Of a DNA stretch of 64,000 nt, positions 1-14,075 are shown one piece after another. The stretch comes from Bispira polyomma (taxonomy: Eukaryota). The notes beneath the pieces are model-generated. The model was given only the letters and a program-made list of their open reading frames with translations, was not told where the DNA came from and ran no database searches. The stretch lies in the NCBI GenBank assembly GCA_965649765.1, contig OZ287757.1, positions 52,080,001-52,144,000 on the forward strand, written 5' to 3'. Position numbers and translations under genes: made by a program. Each line of letters begins with the position of its first letter. The stretch's first letter is position 1.

Positions 1-581
1 ATCATGGTAGAAAAAAGGTGGCCAACAAAAACAAATATGTTAACTGTTGCCTGCTGGCATATGTGACATTTATTAAATCATCATTCTCTCATCACACAGA
101 CTAGAGTAGCCAAATTGAATTAAGGTGTGGAAGTAGGCCGGTGGAGAAATAAATGTCCAAAAAAAAATTATACCTATGAATGGTAGTACAAAAACAGTTT
201 GTATCATTGTTTTTTTAGATGCAGCCTCATATTGTTTTCTTTCTGAAAAAGGCGCTGTTTCTTTTTTAAAAGACAATTCTTGTTTTATAGTTTTTCATAT
301 GCTGCACCCAATTCATGGAATTACCTACCACAATATATTAGATGCGCACCTTCTCTTTCAACTTTTAGAAGACAAGCTGAAGATACATCTCTATCAAAAA
401 TCTTATCCCTTCTGACACGGTCTTAGCATCACTGACTCCCTCTCTTGTAACGACCCTTTTCCTGTCCGCCACAATATGATTACTGAATAATGATTTTGTT
501 TGTTGCACCTTAGAATTCGCTAGTACACTAAGCACCATTATGGAATTAATTAGATTATAGATCCTGTCTTATCTATTTCAG

Positions 582-1104
582 CCACCACACTTCAGCAACC
601 TTCCCCAGAACACCACAGAGATCTCAGGGACAATAAGTACAGCCATCACCATCACCCCTTTATCCACCACAATGAGGTCAGTCCTCCAACCTATCACCCG
701 TACTACCACGCCGCCACTACAGACAGCCATCATAGTAATGGACCCCCCTCCTCATTCTACGCCAGTAGACACCATCACCATCACGTGGTCGACCATAACG
801 GTCCCTCTGTACAGAACACTCATCAAAGCCTGTACAATAATAACAACGGCATCGTCAGCAACAGTGAACACTGCCAAGATGTAGACTTGAAGAAAGAAGA
901 GCACAGTGACTGTAAATCTGACGACGAATTAGTGGACGATACTGGCAGTCACCATGACAACTACTCGGGGTGCCTGGATGACGACATGGACATGGATCCA
1001 GGCAAGCGGAAACAGAGAAGGTACCGGACCACTTTCACCAGTTTCCAGTTGGAGGAGCTAGAGAAAGCATTTCAGAGGACACACTATCCGGACGTCTTCA
1101 CAAG
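582..1104 (+). CDS. Arx: aristaless/Arx homeobox gene, internal coding exon (His-rich region, acidic stretch, N-terminal homeodomain); 5' exon(s) lie upstream of the window
   Basis: Acceptor ttatctatttcag (AG 580-581); frame open from 584 ([14 protein letters not shown]...HHHHH...) to [34 protein letters not shown]; donor AG|gtaaaa at 1105. Confidence 0.9.
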
Positions 1105-1242
1105 GTAAAAAAATAATCACCATCATTATTATAAGCACCCTGGTCTATATAGGGCTTTCGAGAGCTAGTGGATGTTTCCATACAGGCAATTTTCTGAGGT
1201 GATCAGGTGACGGCCGATTTGATTGGTTTCACTTTACATAAG

Positions 1243-1578
1243 TATCTGTTTCCATGTGAGCAATGTCGATAGGCAGCAGGCAATTTTTTCGCGAAAATAA
1301 TTCGCCCGCATGGCATGGCATGTTACACTGTTAACAATGCCAATTGCTTATTAATAACTCAAGGTTACTGAAGGTAAAAAAATTCATGATCATGTCGTGA
1401 GAAAGCTTATTTTGTTGGGTTTATTGTGCTTTTTTTGTTGCATCAAAAGCGATTCAGAAATGGCTATAATATTTAAGTTTAAATACAGGTATCCATTTTT
1501 CTTAAATAATTCTATGGAAACATAAAAATGGCCAATTGCCGTCAAACAGCAGCTGATTTCTGACATGGAAACTTAGAC
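1243..1578. mobile_element. possible MITE in an Arx intron
   Basis: Imperfect inverted ends tgtttccatgtgagcaat / atttctgacatggaaact, with internal ggcaatt/aattgcc repeats. Confidence 0.35.
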
Positions 1579-2339
1579 TGAGTTGTATCTGATTTAATCC
1601 CTTTTTTTGTTAATGCAACTGTCCTACAATGACTCCACAAAGTATAACGTGTTGGCATGGTTGAGAACCAGTAACATTAATTAATGTTATTCCACAGGTG
1701 TGGCCTCTTTATATGACAGGCGTTTTTCATCTGCTCAAACCTTTTTGACAAATGACCCCCCAGCATGACAACATCATATTTTTGAAGCAGATATTTTGTT
1801 CAAGTCAATGTAATTGGGTGTTTTAAAGACAGCAGTCTATTTTTGTTGGATGTTTTTTTTTAATATATTTTCTTGGGCTATTAATATTACACAGATAGAG
1901 AGTGATTGACGGTATCCAATATCTTAAAGAGACTTCTTCGTCATGAAAAGTTCGTAAATTCAGCTGGAGAGAACAAGCATGTTTCTCTGGTCATATTTTG
2001 AAAAGAAGTTAATGTTTCAAAGAAATACTTGACACCAAGCAGAGCAGATAGAAGAAATTTAATATTTTTTTTTAAATCACATTTTGAAACCCACATTCAC
2101 TTTGCAGGGTGATGTGTCCAAATATTAACATGTGACATTAAGTTTAAAAAGTCACAACGTATCTGCAACTCCGACCTTGTGGCTATCACACTCACTTCTT
2201 AAAAAAAAGAAGAGTATTCTCGGTTCGATCCCAGTCTGTGGCAGATATATAACGTAGACATATTGGTGCTGTGTCAATAATGTCTGTCCATACTTAAAAA
2301 TATTTTCCTCGTCAAATTCTCTTTCAAATTTCATGTCAG

Positions 2340-2690
2340 CACGTCCAAAGCTGTTAGCTCTTAACAACCACTCCTACCTTGCTAGTCATCTTTCCTTCAG
2401 TAACCTCAAGAGAGGAAATAGACTTTCTGTTTCCTCTGTAAAACCTACCAAGAAGGCTGGGTCTTTAGCTTTCTCTGTTGCTGTCCCTATGTTATGGAAT
2501 AGTGTCCCTGTTTATCACAAAAAACACTTTCCAGGCTCAGGAGAAAAATTTAAATCCATCTTCCCCAAAACCTGCCTACCCCGTATACACTCCCACATCA
2601 TTCTTTATGACCTTGGCTATATTTTTTGAATTTCTTAATTGGTTTTGTTGATATGCTTCAGAAGATGACTTGCGTGAAAATACAATACAA
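2340..2690 (+). mobile_element. L2-like LINE 3' fragment in an Arx intron
   Basis: YLASHLSFSNLKRGNRLSVSSVKPTKKAG..AFSVAVPMLWNS aligns to the C-terminus of the ORF at 48457-49815; followed by a similar 3' UTR and an (AATAC)-like tail. Confidence 0.8.
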
Positions 2691-2824
2691 TTGTGAGTGG
2701 TAGTGAACATCAATGTATTTCTTTGTTAATGTATTTCTATTTGCAAGACCACAATGTACTCTGACAAAGTACACCTACACAATGCACTAATACATGTCTA
2801 ATGGTGTGGTATTGTTGTTTTCAG

Positions 2825-2870
2825 AGAGGACTTAGCCATGAGAATTACTTTAACAGAAGCAAGAGTTCAG
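2825..2870 (+). CDS. Arx: Arx 46-bp homeodomain exon (R-EDLAMRITLTEARVQ)
   Basis: ttttcag acceptor and CAG|gtaaga donor; joins the flanking exons in frame and completes helix 2-3; the Q|V intron position is typical of PRD-class homeoboxes. Confidence 0.95.
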
Positions 2871-3544
2871 GTAAGACTTGAACAACACTATATAATGGAA
2901 CCTCTACTATCTGAACACCTTGTAAATAAGGTGATAATGTGTTCGGATATTCGAATATTCATAACAAAATCTGCCATACCCTTCTACTACGGATGTGGAC
3001 GAGAATGATGTAAATTGATTGTGTTTGCTGTTTCTATGGTTAAATGTATGATTACCTTCCATGAATATATATAAAGAATACATACACGGGTACGAGTGAC
3101 CACGGAAACATCTAGTTTCACACTCTGTCTGCAAAATCAGGTGATCAGTTACATGGAAACACAGTTTTCATCTCTCTCTCCACTCCAGTATCCCCCCCAC
3201 AATCCTCACTATTTATGTCACTCGCTTGTTTTTTGTCCCTATAAAATCCTACGCAGATTTTCACACTTTGAATTTTGAATTGACTTTTGGCGCATAATGT
3301 TTCCCAACACATGTGGTATCTGTGATCTGCCTAACTAAAAGCAAAAAGGCTGTCTGTGTGAATGTTGATTTGCAGCACATATTACGTTTATAATGCCCTG
3401 TTTATACAGCAGAGAATATTTTTTGTATCTTTGCTTTGTACTCTTGTGATGTTTAATGAGCTGTCTGTAATTTTATAGCCATTAGCATAAACATTCATAG
3501 ACTGAAAAGAAACTGAAAAGTGGGAGAAGTCTCTACGCTGTACT

Positions 3545-3690
3545 GGGGGGCTTCGGTGGTGCCGTGCTAACACACTCACCTGGGGCTATAAGTTGGAAAG
3601 GTTGGCAGTTTCTTGACGATGGTTGCTGGTTTTTCGCTGTAGAATCTTGACCAACTAGTATACACTGGTTTCATCCGTCATTAAAACTAA
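3545..3690 (+). mobile_element. degenerate tRNA-derived SINE (Meta-SINE-like core)
   Basis: ggggcttcggtgg head and core ggaaaggttggcagtttcttgacgatggttgctggttt, shared with the copies at about 32.0 kb and 41.1 kb. Confidence 0.6.
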
Positions 3691-3739
3691 TAAAAAATTT
3701 TTTATTTATTTTATTTACACTGTAATTCTGTTCTTTTAG

Positions 3740-4555
3740 GTGTGGTTTCAAAACAGACGCGCCAAATGGAGGAAGAAAGAGAAGGTGGGTCCTCAGTCTC
3801 ACCCCTTCAACCCGTTCTTGCCTGGTGTTGTTGGTGGCCACATGGGTCTCACCAATTCATCGCTGCTGCAGCAACGCCAGAAGCTGTACAGCGACCTACT
3901 GCTCAAGTCAATGGAGAACCACCCTTTAGGTGGTGTGGGTATGATGAACCCCTTGTCACGCTTTATGTTTGCCTCCTCTATGCCACCCGTTGTTGGCACT
4001 GCCGCACACCTAACCCCCCAGCTGTCGCCCGCAGCCCTTATCCCCCCGTCATCCTCCTCCTTATATTCAGGCAACCTGCTGGCTCTGTCTAGTCCAGTGT
4101 TTGCCCCAGCAGGTGGCGGCGGCACAGGCATCACGGCGCCCATCCACCAACACCACCAGCAGCATCACCCTCTGATGCAGAGCCATCACTTGCCAATCCC
4201 CTCAGGAACCTTTCAGCATTTACTTGCCTCCATGTCTATGAGTGCCTCCTCACGCAAGGACACCACCCAGCCCATGGTTCCTGTACCACCACCAACGCCA
4301 TCGACCACAGGAAGTAGCAGCCCAGCTTCAAATCACACGGCAACCACCACCTCGTCTTCGTCTTCCTCCCCCAAACTAAGCCTCACTCCCCCGAGAAGTG
4401 AATCACCCCCGGCCCCTTCTGGAAAGGAAGTGGTGGTAGTAGTAGATACAGAGAGGAAGTCAAGTAGTATTGCTGCACTTAGACTGAAAGCCCGAGAGTA
4501 TGAGAGAAGGGTTCAGGGACCTGGAGGTCAAAGGCCCACTGGGGTCAAGACATGA
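3740..4555 (+). CDS. Arx: Arx last coding exon (helix 3 with Q50, Pro/Ser/His-rich linker, OAR/aristaless domain)
   Basis: ttcttttag acceptor; VWFQNRRAKWRKKEKVGPQSHPFNPFLPG closely matches the aristaless post-homeodomain sequence as I recall it; C-terminal RKSSSIAALRLKARE is the OAR motif; TGA at 4553-4555. Confidence 0.95.
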   Translation: MWFQNRRAKWRKKEKVGPQSHPFNPFLPGVVGGHMGLTNSSLLQQRQKLYSDLLLKSMENHPLGGVGMMNPLSRFMFASSMPPVVGTAAHLTPQLSPAALIPPSSSSLYSGNLLALSSPVFAPAGGGGTGITAPIHQHHQQHHPLMQSHHLPIPSGTFQHLLASMSMSASSRKDTTQPMVPVPPPTPSTTGSSSPASNHTATTTSSSSSSPKLSLTPPRSESPPAPSGKEVVVVVDTERKSSSIAALRLKAREYERRVQGPGGQRPTGVKT

Positions 4556-6549
4556 GGAATAGTATGTGTCAATGCGGTGCCTCAGTATATGAATGGTGAA
4601 TCAGATGATCTCTTTATTTGAAGGCGTTTTATAAGCTGTAATATAGGAAACTATATGAAAAACAAATAAAGGGGCTCCATGTGGGAGATTTATCATGATG
4701 TAAATGATGAATCATTCTTTTAAAAACTGTGAAATAAATTGACAGTGGGGCTCTAGATGGGAGATTTATGTTGTGCAGAGGAGTTAATCTTTTATTTTAA
4801 AATATATACAATAAAAGTGTGATATTATTACTTGTACGCGACAATAACTAAATCTCAAAGTGGGGTTTTATGAAACACTGTTATAAGTAGTAGTTATAAA
4901 GGAAATTTAACAGCATATATTGAAGACATAAATATATTACTTTATGTTTCGGTGGGCCATTTAAAGTTTTATTGAATGCCTTGAATTTGTGGAAAAGTTC
5001 CATAAACTTGCTTTAGCAAGTGGCCTTGTATTGTATTAAATGTGGTTAACTTTACAAGCCATATTGGGGCTCCTTTGGGCGTTGTGAGGTTGGCTTTTAA
5101 TGAGTGGATTCATTTGTATATTAAGTACATACCTTTCATAGTTTCACAGTGTAAAAACAACAGTGAAAACTTTGAGAGCAGTCAAACTTCAGTTTTAGGA
5201 AGTCTTGTATAGTATTGTTATACATAAATATATAAAGAAGTGGTTACATGCATTGAATATCCAACATGGTGTAGTATGTGTCAATATATTTATGTTTTGG
5301 AGATGTCATTTCTTGTTGAAATGTATATATACCTGTCAATACACTTCACCAGAAGACTGGGAACGAAATATACCGGATTTCGTTTGTCTTCTTACCTCCA
5401 AGAAAACGGTTTTGATTTTTGTTAACAATTACATAACTTGTTAACTTCATTAGTTCATTAACCATTAGTAATGTCTTCTTAGAAACCTGTGGGAACAACT
5501 GTGTACCAAAGTGCTTAAGTTATTGATCTATTACCATGTATAACCAAAGTGCTTAACATTATATCTAATTGTGTGTATTTATAAATATAAGAGCTTATAA
5601 ATATAAGAGCTACACAGCATTTCTCCCAGTGATTTTTTTAAATTTTATTAAGTTTTATATATAATTTATATGCACCATAAATAATGTATTTTGTTTGTAG
5701 CTCTTTTTTTATTAACTAGTCAAAGGAATATTAAGGTGTATTCTTTTTTTGGAAAAGATATTATATGTATATGTAAAATCATATTTTTATAGATCATTAA
5801 TCTTGCATAGCATGTAATTGTAAAACAGCAAACTTGTAAAAAAGTGTCATCACAATCTATGGTGTTGAATGTATATGTTCAGTTGTAATATGTGGTACAT
5901 TTTTTATGTGTTTTATGTGCACTGTAAAAGCATTCACAATTTCTTGCATTTTTACTTGTAAAAGAGGGATTTTTTTGGTGAATTAATATTTAAAATAAAA
6001 TTTTACTGAACACCATGAATCATAAAAATTATTTATTCTTCGCAAAAAATTTAATACACTTTCTTCCATAAAATCGGTAGTAAAAAATTCATGAAAAATT
6101 GTATTCTAGCTAAAAGTATGTCCAGTTTTGCTAGTAAAACTAAAGTTTGAACAGTTCAAATTTGTATTTTTCTACCTGGAATTGCTCTAAACAATTTATG
6201 TGAACTAGAGGTAAAATTTGTTTATCAATATCAGCAGTTGATTGTTTTATTTTTGGTAGCCGATATTGATGGGTAGTGTCAGCATAGCAATAGCACATAG
6301 ACTGGTATATCTTCTCTTTTGGGAAGGGCTTTTACCACACAAATTTATTGGTATATTTTGACACTTTTCTACATTCCTTCACTTTAAAGCCAGTTTTTAC
6401 TTATGAATCCGAATGTAAACAATTTAGCCGTTCCTACTTCCTGTTTCATTTGGGTACTTTTTAGTTAAATTGTTCCCAGTTTATTGGTATGTCTCTCTAT
6501 ACCTCAAAAAAAAAAAATCCTTGTTTTCCTATTCATTATCAAATTTTGT

Positions 6550-6900
6550 TTAAAATTGATGTTACATGACTTTCAAAGCTGTTGTCTTTCAACCACCTTC
6601 CTACCTTGCTACTCTTCTTTCCTTCGAAGGTACATACTGGTTGCTCTGTTAAACCCCTTAAGATGGGTGGATCTGGATGAATAGTCTCTTAGTTGAACCT
6701 AGATTACTAGAAACACTTTTTAAGTTTAAGACAAAAAATAAAACCTATCTCTTTAAACTAACTTACCCTCTTTAGTTCCTTCCCTATACACTCCCACATA
6801 CTTCCTTACGAACTGCAAAAATTTTCTTTGACTTTTCGATTGGTTAAGTGATTCTGTCGTTATGCTTTAGAAAATCAATAAGGGGCGTTAAAATTCACAT
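6550..6900 (+). mobile_element. degenerate L2-like LINE 3' end
   Basis: Matches 49590-49940 (cctaccttgc..tctttccttc, aaaacctatctctttaa, ctcccaca..cttccttacga, atcaataag..gcgttaaaa). Confidence 0.7.
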
Positions 6901-8051
6901 AAAATTAAATGTACCGATATCGGCTGCTATTATGATTATTTCACCTTTTGAGACACGAACTATATTTACCTACTAGTTAAAGCTAGACCCACCATATCAT
7001 ATTCTTGCAAAGAAACATTCAGTGGCAGGGACTAACAGTCCAGATTGTAAGGAATAGGGTCTTGTATAACCCAAGCATTCTAGTAATATCATTGGCAGAC
7101 CCTATGGGTGTGTCTGACTGGTCACCAATCGGATTACTTGATTTTATTTTTACAGCCAATGAGAGTTAGTTTCATAGATTTAACATTTATTACTTGGCTA
7201 GATATATTTAATGTATATAACTTTAGTGTTCCTACAAGTCATGGAAAACCTAAAAAAAACAAAGGTGATTTTAGAAAAGTCTTAAAAGTCTAGCCCAAAT
7301 TTTATACCGTAACTGCGAAAAGATGAGGAGATATAATTTTCTAACCCCTGTCCATGTCACTTTTCACATGATCCAAGACCATATGACAATAGACGTGGAA
7401 GTGGCTGTTGTAAAAGGTTGTGGGAGGCCATACTATTATATAAGTACAGTGGAACCTTTTTTATACGAACTTCCATTTTCCAAATAGGAGATTTATACTC
7501 ATTTTTCACTGTCTGAACTCGATGTATGCCTCTTGTTTTATGCACAAATGTCTTTTCCGTTTTTACTATGTGGTAACTTGGCAACTTATGTCTTGCCCAC
7601 ATTTAGCTCTGTTGATTTTATGCCATATGCAGTGTACTACAAGCATTTTCGTTTCTGTGTTTAGAAACCCCAATTATCTGGACAGTTGATGAGTGTAACT
7701 AATCTTGAGATACATAAGTGTAATAAATTCACATTTTAATAAAAAGAGAATTTTTATAAGACAATAAGAAACAAAATCCAGAAATTTTGTTTGTTATGAA
7801 TGTACAAGAACAATAAAAAACACTTAATATATTTGGATAAAGGAAAATTTAAATGATGATGATTCTACAGTACCTAATGATATAAATTATGCATATTTAT
7901 ATAAATAATGTAATGTATAAAAGCCTTTTGTGTAAGGCTGTACATTTTGTATATCGTTAAAACAGTGTTTTAGTATTACCAAAAGGGGCGATGAAATATG
8001 AAAGCATTATAAGATGGACATGTGGTATACATGTCTATATCTTTTATGTAA

Positions 8052-8082
<31 letters not shown>

Positions 8083-11000
8083 TGTATAAATTATATACTG
8101 CATAAAGGTTATATATAAATATATGTATCTGTCTATTATTATTTGTGAAAATATTATTCAAAGTTAAGATTGTATATGTTAAGAATGTATTTTATTTTGT
8201 CCTTCATGCAAAAAGCATACCATGTAAACTGTTAAGCATTGGTGAAACTATCGTCTTGTTAAAAACTGTTTCTAATAAACATACTGATATACTTGCAAAA
8301 ATAAATCTGTTACTTTAATTAACCCAGAAAATTATTCTTGGTTGTAGATATAGACCTACACACATATAACCTGTCTAAAACTGATATTAACTTTAATCCA
8401 ATCAACTTTACTAGAGGAAAAACAAAATTGTCAAACTTGTTTTACTGTAATACAGACATCAGAGATACATTTACCTGATTTAATTGGTTTCTTTCAGTAT
8501 TTAATTTACATGTATAATAAAATATCAGTTTAATTTATTCAGTCCCAGTGTCAGAATATATTAAGTGTTAAAAAATGTTAAATTTTGTTTAGAAATTTCA
8601 ACAGTAAAGACAAGTACAAGCACACAAAATCAAAGCTGTCCTATATGTAAACAACAATTCTATTGCAATATAACCATTTTCAACAAGATAATCAAAACTT
8701 TAACATACAAAAATAACAGTTCTATCGATTGTGCAATGTAACACAAAAAAATCAATATGTGTAATATCCACAAACAACGACATTATAAATATTTTACTTA
8801 TTATTATGCAAAATTTTGAAGCTTTACCACTTCGGATAAACTTAATTGAAAATTGTTGAAGTTAGATTTTGACAGAAAAACTTTTTCAGAATCAACCATA
8901 ATTGTAGTTGTATTTTGACAGAAAAACTTTTTTCAGAATCAACCAAACCAAAAAGGAGACATTTGACACTGTTCCAAAATGCTCACATTTGGTTTGTTAG
9001 ACCAATATTATTTTTACATTTTAAGCTTAAAACCCTTTCTCAACTGGGAGAACGTAACTTCCAGGAATTGACTGAAAGTTTTGGAAAATCGGTCCCTCAC
9101 AAGTAAAGTCACCACAAACTACTTACACCATTAAATATCGACCTCCTGTATTAATAACAGTAAGTTTGCTGCACTAACAGTTTCCTACTGCGAGGAGTTG
9201 AAGGAAAATATAATCATATTTTTGGGATATCAAAGGCTTGCCTACAGCCATAGGTCCTGGGAGGAACAATTGCTGGCGGCTGCTTGTCAATAACTTAAGA
9301 CGTCGAAAGGGTTAATACTTGAAAAGAAATAAATATAGAGAAGTTATTCATTAAAGTTCCGACTCCTTTATCCATATTTACAGGTAAAAATTTGATGGGA
9401 TTAGGGAGAATGTAAATATATTGTCATAGAAGGTGTATTTAACATTTATGTCTCTTTTAAAAAAAAGACAAATTTTGTCTAGATACAACATTTTCTTAGT
9501 TTGACTCTCCGTAGTTCTTTTTTGAAAGATGTAATTCAAATGTCTCCTTAAAATTGTTCGCTTAATTTAAATTCCAATATTAAGGACTTTTATGATACTG
9601 TCTACTTAATATTTTTACAACCTGCGCTTGTGAACATACTTTTTGTACTGCCTGCCACCTTATAGCATGTTCCATACTTTTTTGGCTTGAGTGCACAGAT
9701 ATGGGTTCTTAACAGACACATCACTTCTCTGTGAAACCAAATGGACTATATATAGTTTAGGAACAAGTTTTTTTTCAAGAAAAATGGTCTTTCAGCATTT
9801 CCTGAATTTTTGTCTTGTTGTAATTGTTTAGTTTCATCACATCCTTTTCACTGGGCCTTCGGAGTTTCCCCTGTTGTTTCTTTTCAATTCTGCAACATCA
9901 ATGTATAAACAACCGAATCACCTTAAAAATGTTTCAATAATTTGTTTTTCACATAAATTTGCTTTAAAACCTGATAGAAACAATTTTTATATATTTTGGT
10001 AGCTCACAGAAGTTGGTTTGTTTACCTACAAATATTTTTTTTTACAGCTCTCAAAATGACCAAACCATAATTTATTTTCCAATTTTAATATTTTCACCTG
10101 TTATAATTTGCAAAGTATCCGAACTTAGTCCCAAGAATGTGAACCACTAGTTAGTGGTCAAATAGATTTTGTCTTCAGTGGGTGGTGATATAAATATCAC
10201 TAAAAATTTTAAAATGTAATTTATCCTACACAATTAAAAGCTGGTATAACCTGAAAAGGGTAAAATAATGGTCAAATATATACGTTTTGTCATTTAGTTG
10301 CTACAACTTTTCATTGGGCTGTTTCTTTGTCAACTTAAGGGCGAGTTTAAAATGCACCCCACCTTGGGCGATCGCTAAGGTTGCCTCTTAAATAATTTTA
10401 ACCGAATTGTAGGTCACCCTGATCGTCCAGCAGTCACTACACCACATCTACATTGCAGATGGGCAAAACTACATTGCAGATGGGCATGCTATCCCCCAGG
10501 GAATGAAACATACAAAGCCAATCACTTATCAATTTGGTAAAAGTGGAAATATTGTCTTTCAACATTGCTTATATGTTGAAAGACAACACAGTAAATTAAG
10601 ATAGTAAATTGAATTCATCGATGCATACATGCTTATAAAGAATTATAGCAAGTTTTGAACCGTCTGTTGAAAATTAATGTCTTGAATTCATGCTTGATCC
10701 AAATTTGCTGGAAACTTAATTTTTTGAATTCACTGAATGAACAATTTGGCTGGTAAAATGAACTCTATCGTTCAGCCAAGGTGGGCCAAAAAAGAGATAT
10801 TTCTTTATTATTAAGCACAAAGTATGTACAGTTAACTAAACAAAGGTAAGCATTTCCAATTTATTAATTCATGACACTTGGTGTATATTTATCTACCAGA
10901 CTGAGCTGCTCTGTCACTGAGCTATGATGTATTATGGTTGACACTACATCACTGGAAATCAAACCCTGGTAAAAACAGCTTTTATATTTTATTTTTCAGT

Positions 11001-13299
11001 GAATAAATAAGAGATAATATAGAAATTACCAAAACCGGAAATAGTGAAATATAGTTGCACAATGATTAAGTGCACAAAGAGATAAACATATCAGTGAGTG
11101 AATGTATGTCCTGAATATCAAACATACTTTTGCCTGATTTCTGTATAGAAATGTTTTTACTTCTATAGTACCACAATTAGTGACGAGACATCCTCTCTGC
11201 TGCACATCTTAGCCGGTATGCCTAATTATCTAATAATCCCCAATTTTCTCTATTGTCTTAAGTATATTGTGAGGCTTTCTCGAGTTTCATTTTGACCAAA
11301 ATTACCTTTACAAATAGCAGACAGCCTACTTATCATCTATGTTATCTTTAAGCAATCTCACCAGATGGAATCGTTACCATGTTATCGCCAAGCAATCTCA
11401 CCAGAGGGAATCGTCTCTCCATCTCCAACTTCTTATCCTGAAACTGGTTGGTTCAAAATCACTTAATGCTGCAGTACATGCTTAATGAAATAGTCAGACT
11501 TCAGATAAAGCTCAAAACACATCTGTATCAACTTACTTTCCCGCCTTACCATTCTTCTGCTGGTTACGACTGAATAGTGGTCATGGACCATTTCTCGTAT
11601 TGGACTGTTATTTTTCAAATTGAGTGGGATGTGAACCAGGATATTTTTATGTTTATTTTAGACATTATATATATGACACAAAAAAAATATATAAAGATGA
11701 TACCTGGTCGATGATGATGACTTGTGATTGTGGTGCTACAGAAGTTAATATTTAACATTAGTATTTTATCTACTTGAACCATCAAATGCCTGAAAATGAC
11801 TAATCACAGAGGGGAAGGGGGCCTTTATCATAGTACATATGGTATAAAGTATTGTGACTTGATAACAATTAATTCCAATATTTTGTATCAATTATGAAGT
11901 CAGGCAGTTTATGCACAAAAATAGGTTATTTATACCTATGTTTGTAGCATGCTAAGCAATTAAAGGGTTAGGTGTTACTTTACTACATAACAATTTGATA
12001 GCCACATGACAACTAAAATTTAATCGAAACTTCTCATTGTTCAACTACCCAATACGGTCTACAATTGTGTGATATGATATTTGCTGCAAGTGAAATTCTT
12101 TTGTTTATCAAATTTTTACTCTCCCATCCCTTACAGAATTGTACAAAAACCCTAATACTGCTTCACGGTCATACAGGATACAGGTATACAGGAACACAGT
12201 TCAGACTAAGTTGCACTGCTGAATTTTTTTTTATTGATAATCTGTTGCTCGCCTAGGTTACCAAATACATTGAAAATCTACCCACATAATATCTATAGTT
12301 GTGGCAAATATGAAGTCACTGCTACTTATACTTACTGAGATTAAGTACAGTGAAGTTGCACCACCATGCCCCACATCTGGAAACCTAAAAGTATGCAACA
12401 GGTAAAATATATCGAATTTGGTGTAACATCATTTGTAAATTCTTACTCATTTTACATCTCTATACTAGTTAGACATATTATCTGAAACCTATTTAACATT
12501 TTCATTATTCTGTTTACATACATCTATTTATTAACTTACATAGCTACTTAAGTGTTTTTTCACCATCCATCGTCCTTCGAAGGTCGCTCTCAATGTCTAC
12601 GCCAGTTATGGCATCATTTTTCTCTTTGGCCGAGTTGCTGTCATTCAGACCCCCACATGCAGCCTGGACTGCGGGGGGAAGCTGCCCTACCAAAGTTAAG
12701 GGGTGGGGATATAACCTAGAGTTGACACAGAGTGCTGCTAGTGGTACAAACGGCCTCAGAAATGGTGCTCTTGCTTACACTTGAAATTGATGTAATTAAG
12801 GACACTTACATCCCTGATGTGAAGGGACATTGGTGGGCACTGTGTAAGTGTTACATATTTGAATGAGACATTACATTGAACATGTTGTTACTCCTGCTGA
12901 CATTTAATAATGAATAATTAAAGAGACTAATCTCATTATTCATTTACAATGAAGATGAAAAGATTAAACCAAATTTGATATCCACCATGGACCACAAAGT
13001 GGGAAAAAGGTATTAGTAGCCAGTATACAATTGATACCAGGAATCAATGTTTAAACCATTGGCAATCTGCTTAAATTTAATTGCACGTGTCACTAACATG
13101 GAACACATGAATTCCTAGTTCAATTGCAACACTTACTGTGTAAGGATTAGAAATTTTACTATAGTCATTGTTACACCATAGTTTGCTGAAAATAATTAAT
13201 ACATACAGTTTATTATGGAATTTGTGTCCGTTTAATGGTAAACATAAACAAAAGACATGGTCAGTACAAAGAAAGCTTTTTTCTTCTGGAACCTACCTA

Positions 13300-14075
13300 C
13301 CTCTGAAAGGTCAATAGCAGTGGGGTCGAATGGCCACAGTCCAGACCCCAGAAATGAAGTTTTCACAAGAGATGGCGTAAGGTAGTAGGGAACAATGCCC
13401 TTGACATTTTAGTACATATGGCTGCGCGACGGACAGTGATGCACAAACTACTGTATTTTTCCTTCAGCGGACCAAAAACAGCAACATCTAAGGGCTGCAA
13501 TATGTATGGGGTGTGAGGAGGCAATCCACCCGAAATATACGGTTGCATATGCAGTGAAACAGTAACATAATGGTCATCGAGGACTGCCACAGACTGCATC
13601 AACATTTGCCCATTTAATACCAGGTAATTGCTATCAAATGCAACATTTGTAATGCAGTACTTTGTGGAAAAAAGCAAGACATATATTGGAATGAACAAGG
13701 GCAGGTGTAAGGGCTTGTTAGAAGGCAAGGGTATATGTTACAAAACAATTTATATGTACATGAAGTTGCTGCTTCTTGCAAATAAAAATGCGTTTGTCTG
13801 ATGGGTCACTTTTAAACATTATTGTAAAAAGTGTCTTCACAAACTAGGTAGAAACAAACCTGATTTTCTTTCACAAGTTTAATCACTTCTGTTGAAAGTT
13901 GTATTTCTCCTTCTAGAATTATACACATACCATTAGGACTACAACCGTAAAGCTATGACTTTGTCAGATCATTCCTCAAACAGACATTCAGCAGGCCATT
14001 CTCAAAAATCAGTAATGATGGCAGCACTCATCCATCAGCACAAATGCAGGTTATACCCCTGATGTGGTCTATATT
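13300..14075 (-). mobile_element. decayed pogo/Tigger-type DDE transposase fragment
   Basis: Minus-strand LPPHTPYILQPLDVAVFGPLK (catalytic motif), upstream ITCICADG.VLPSLLIF and downstream GLWPFDPTAID; contains stops and frameshifts. Confidence 0.8.

Noticed and set aside
3742-4143. Alternative-frame and antisense ORFs over the last Arx exon (also 672-884)
   Set aside because: By-products of GC-rich coding sequence.
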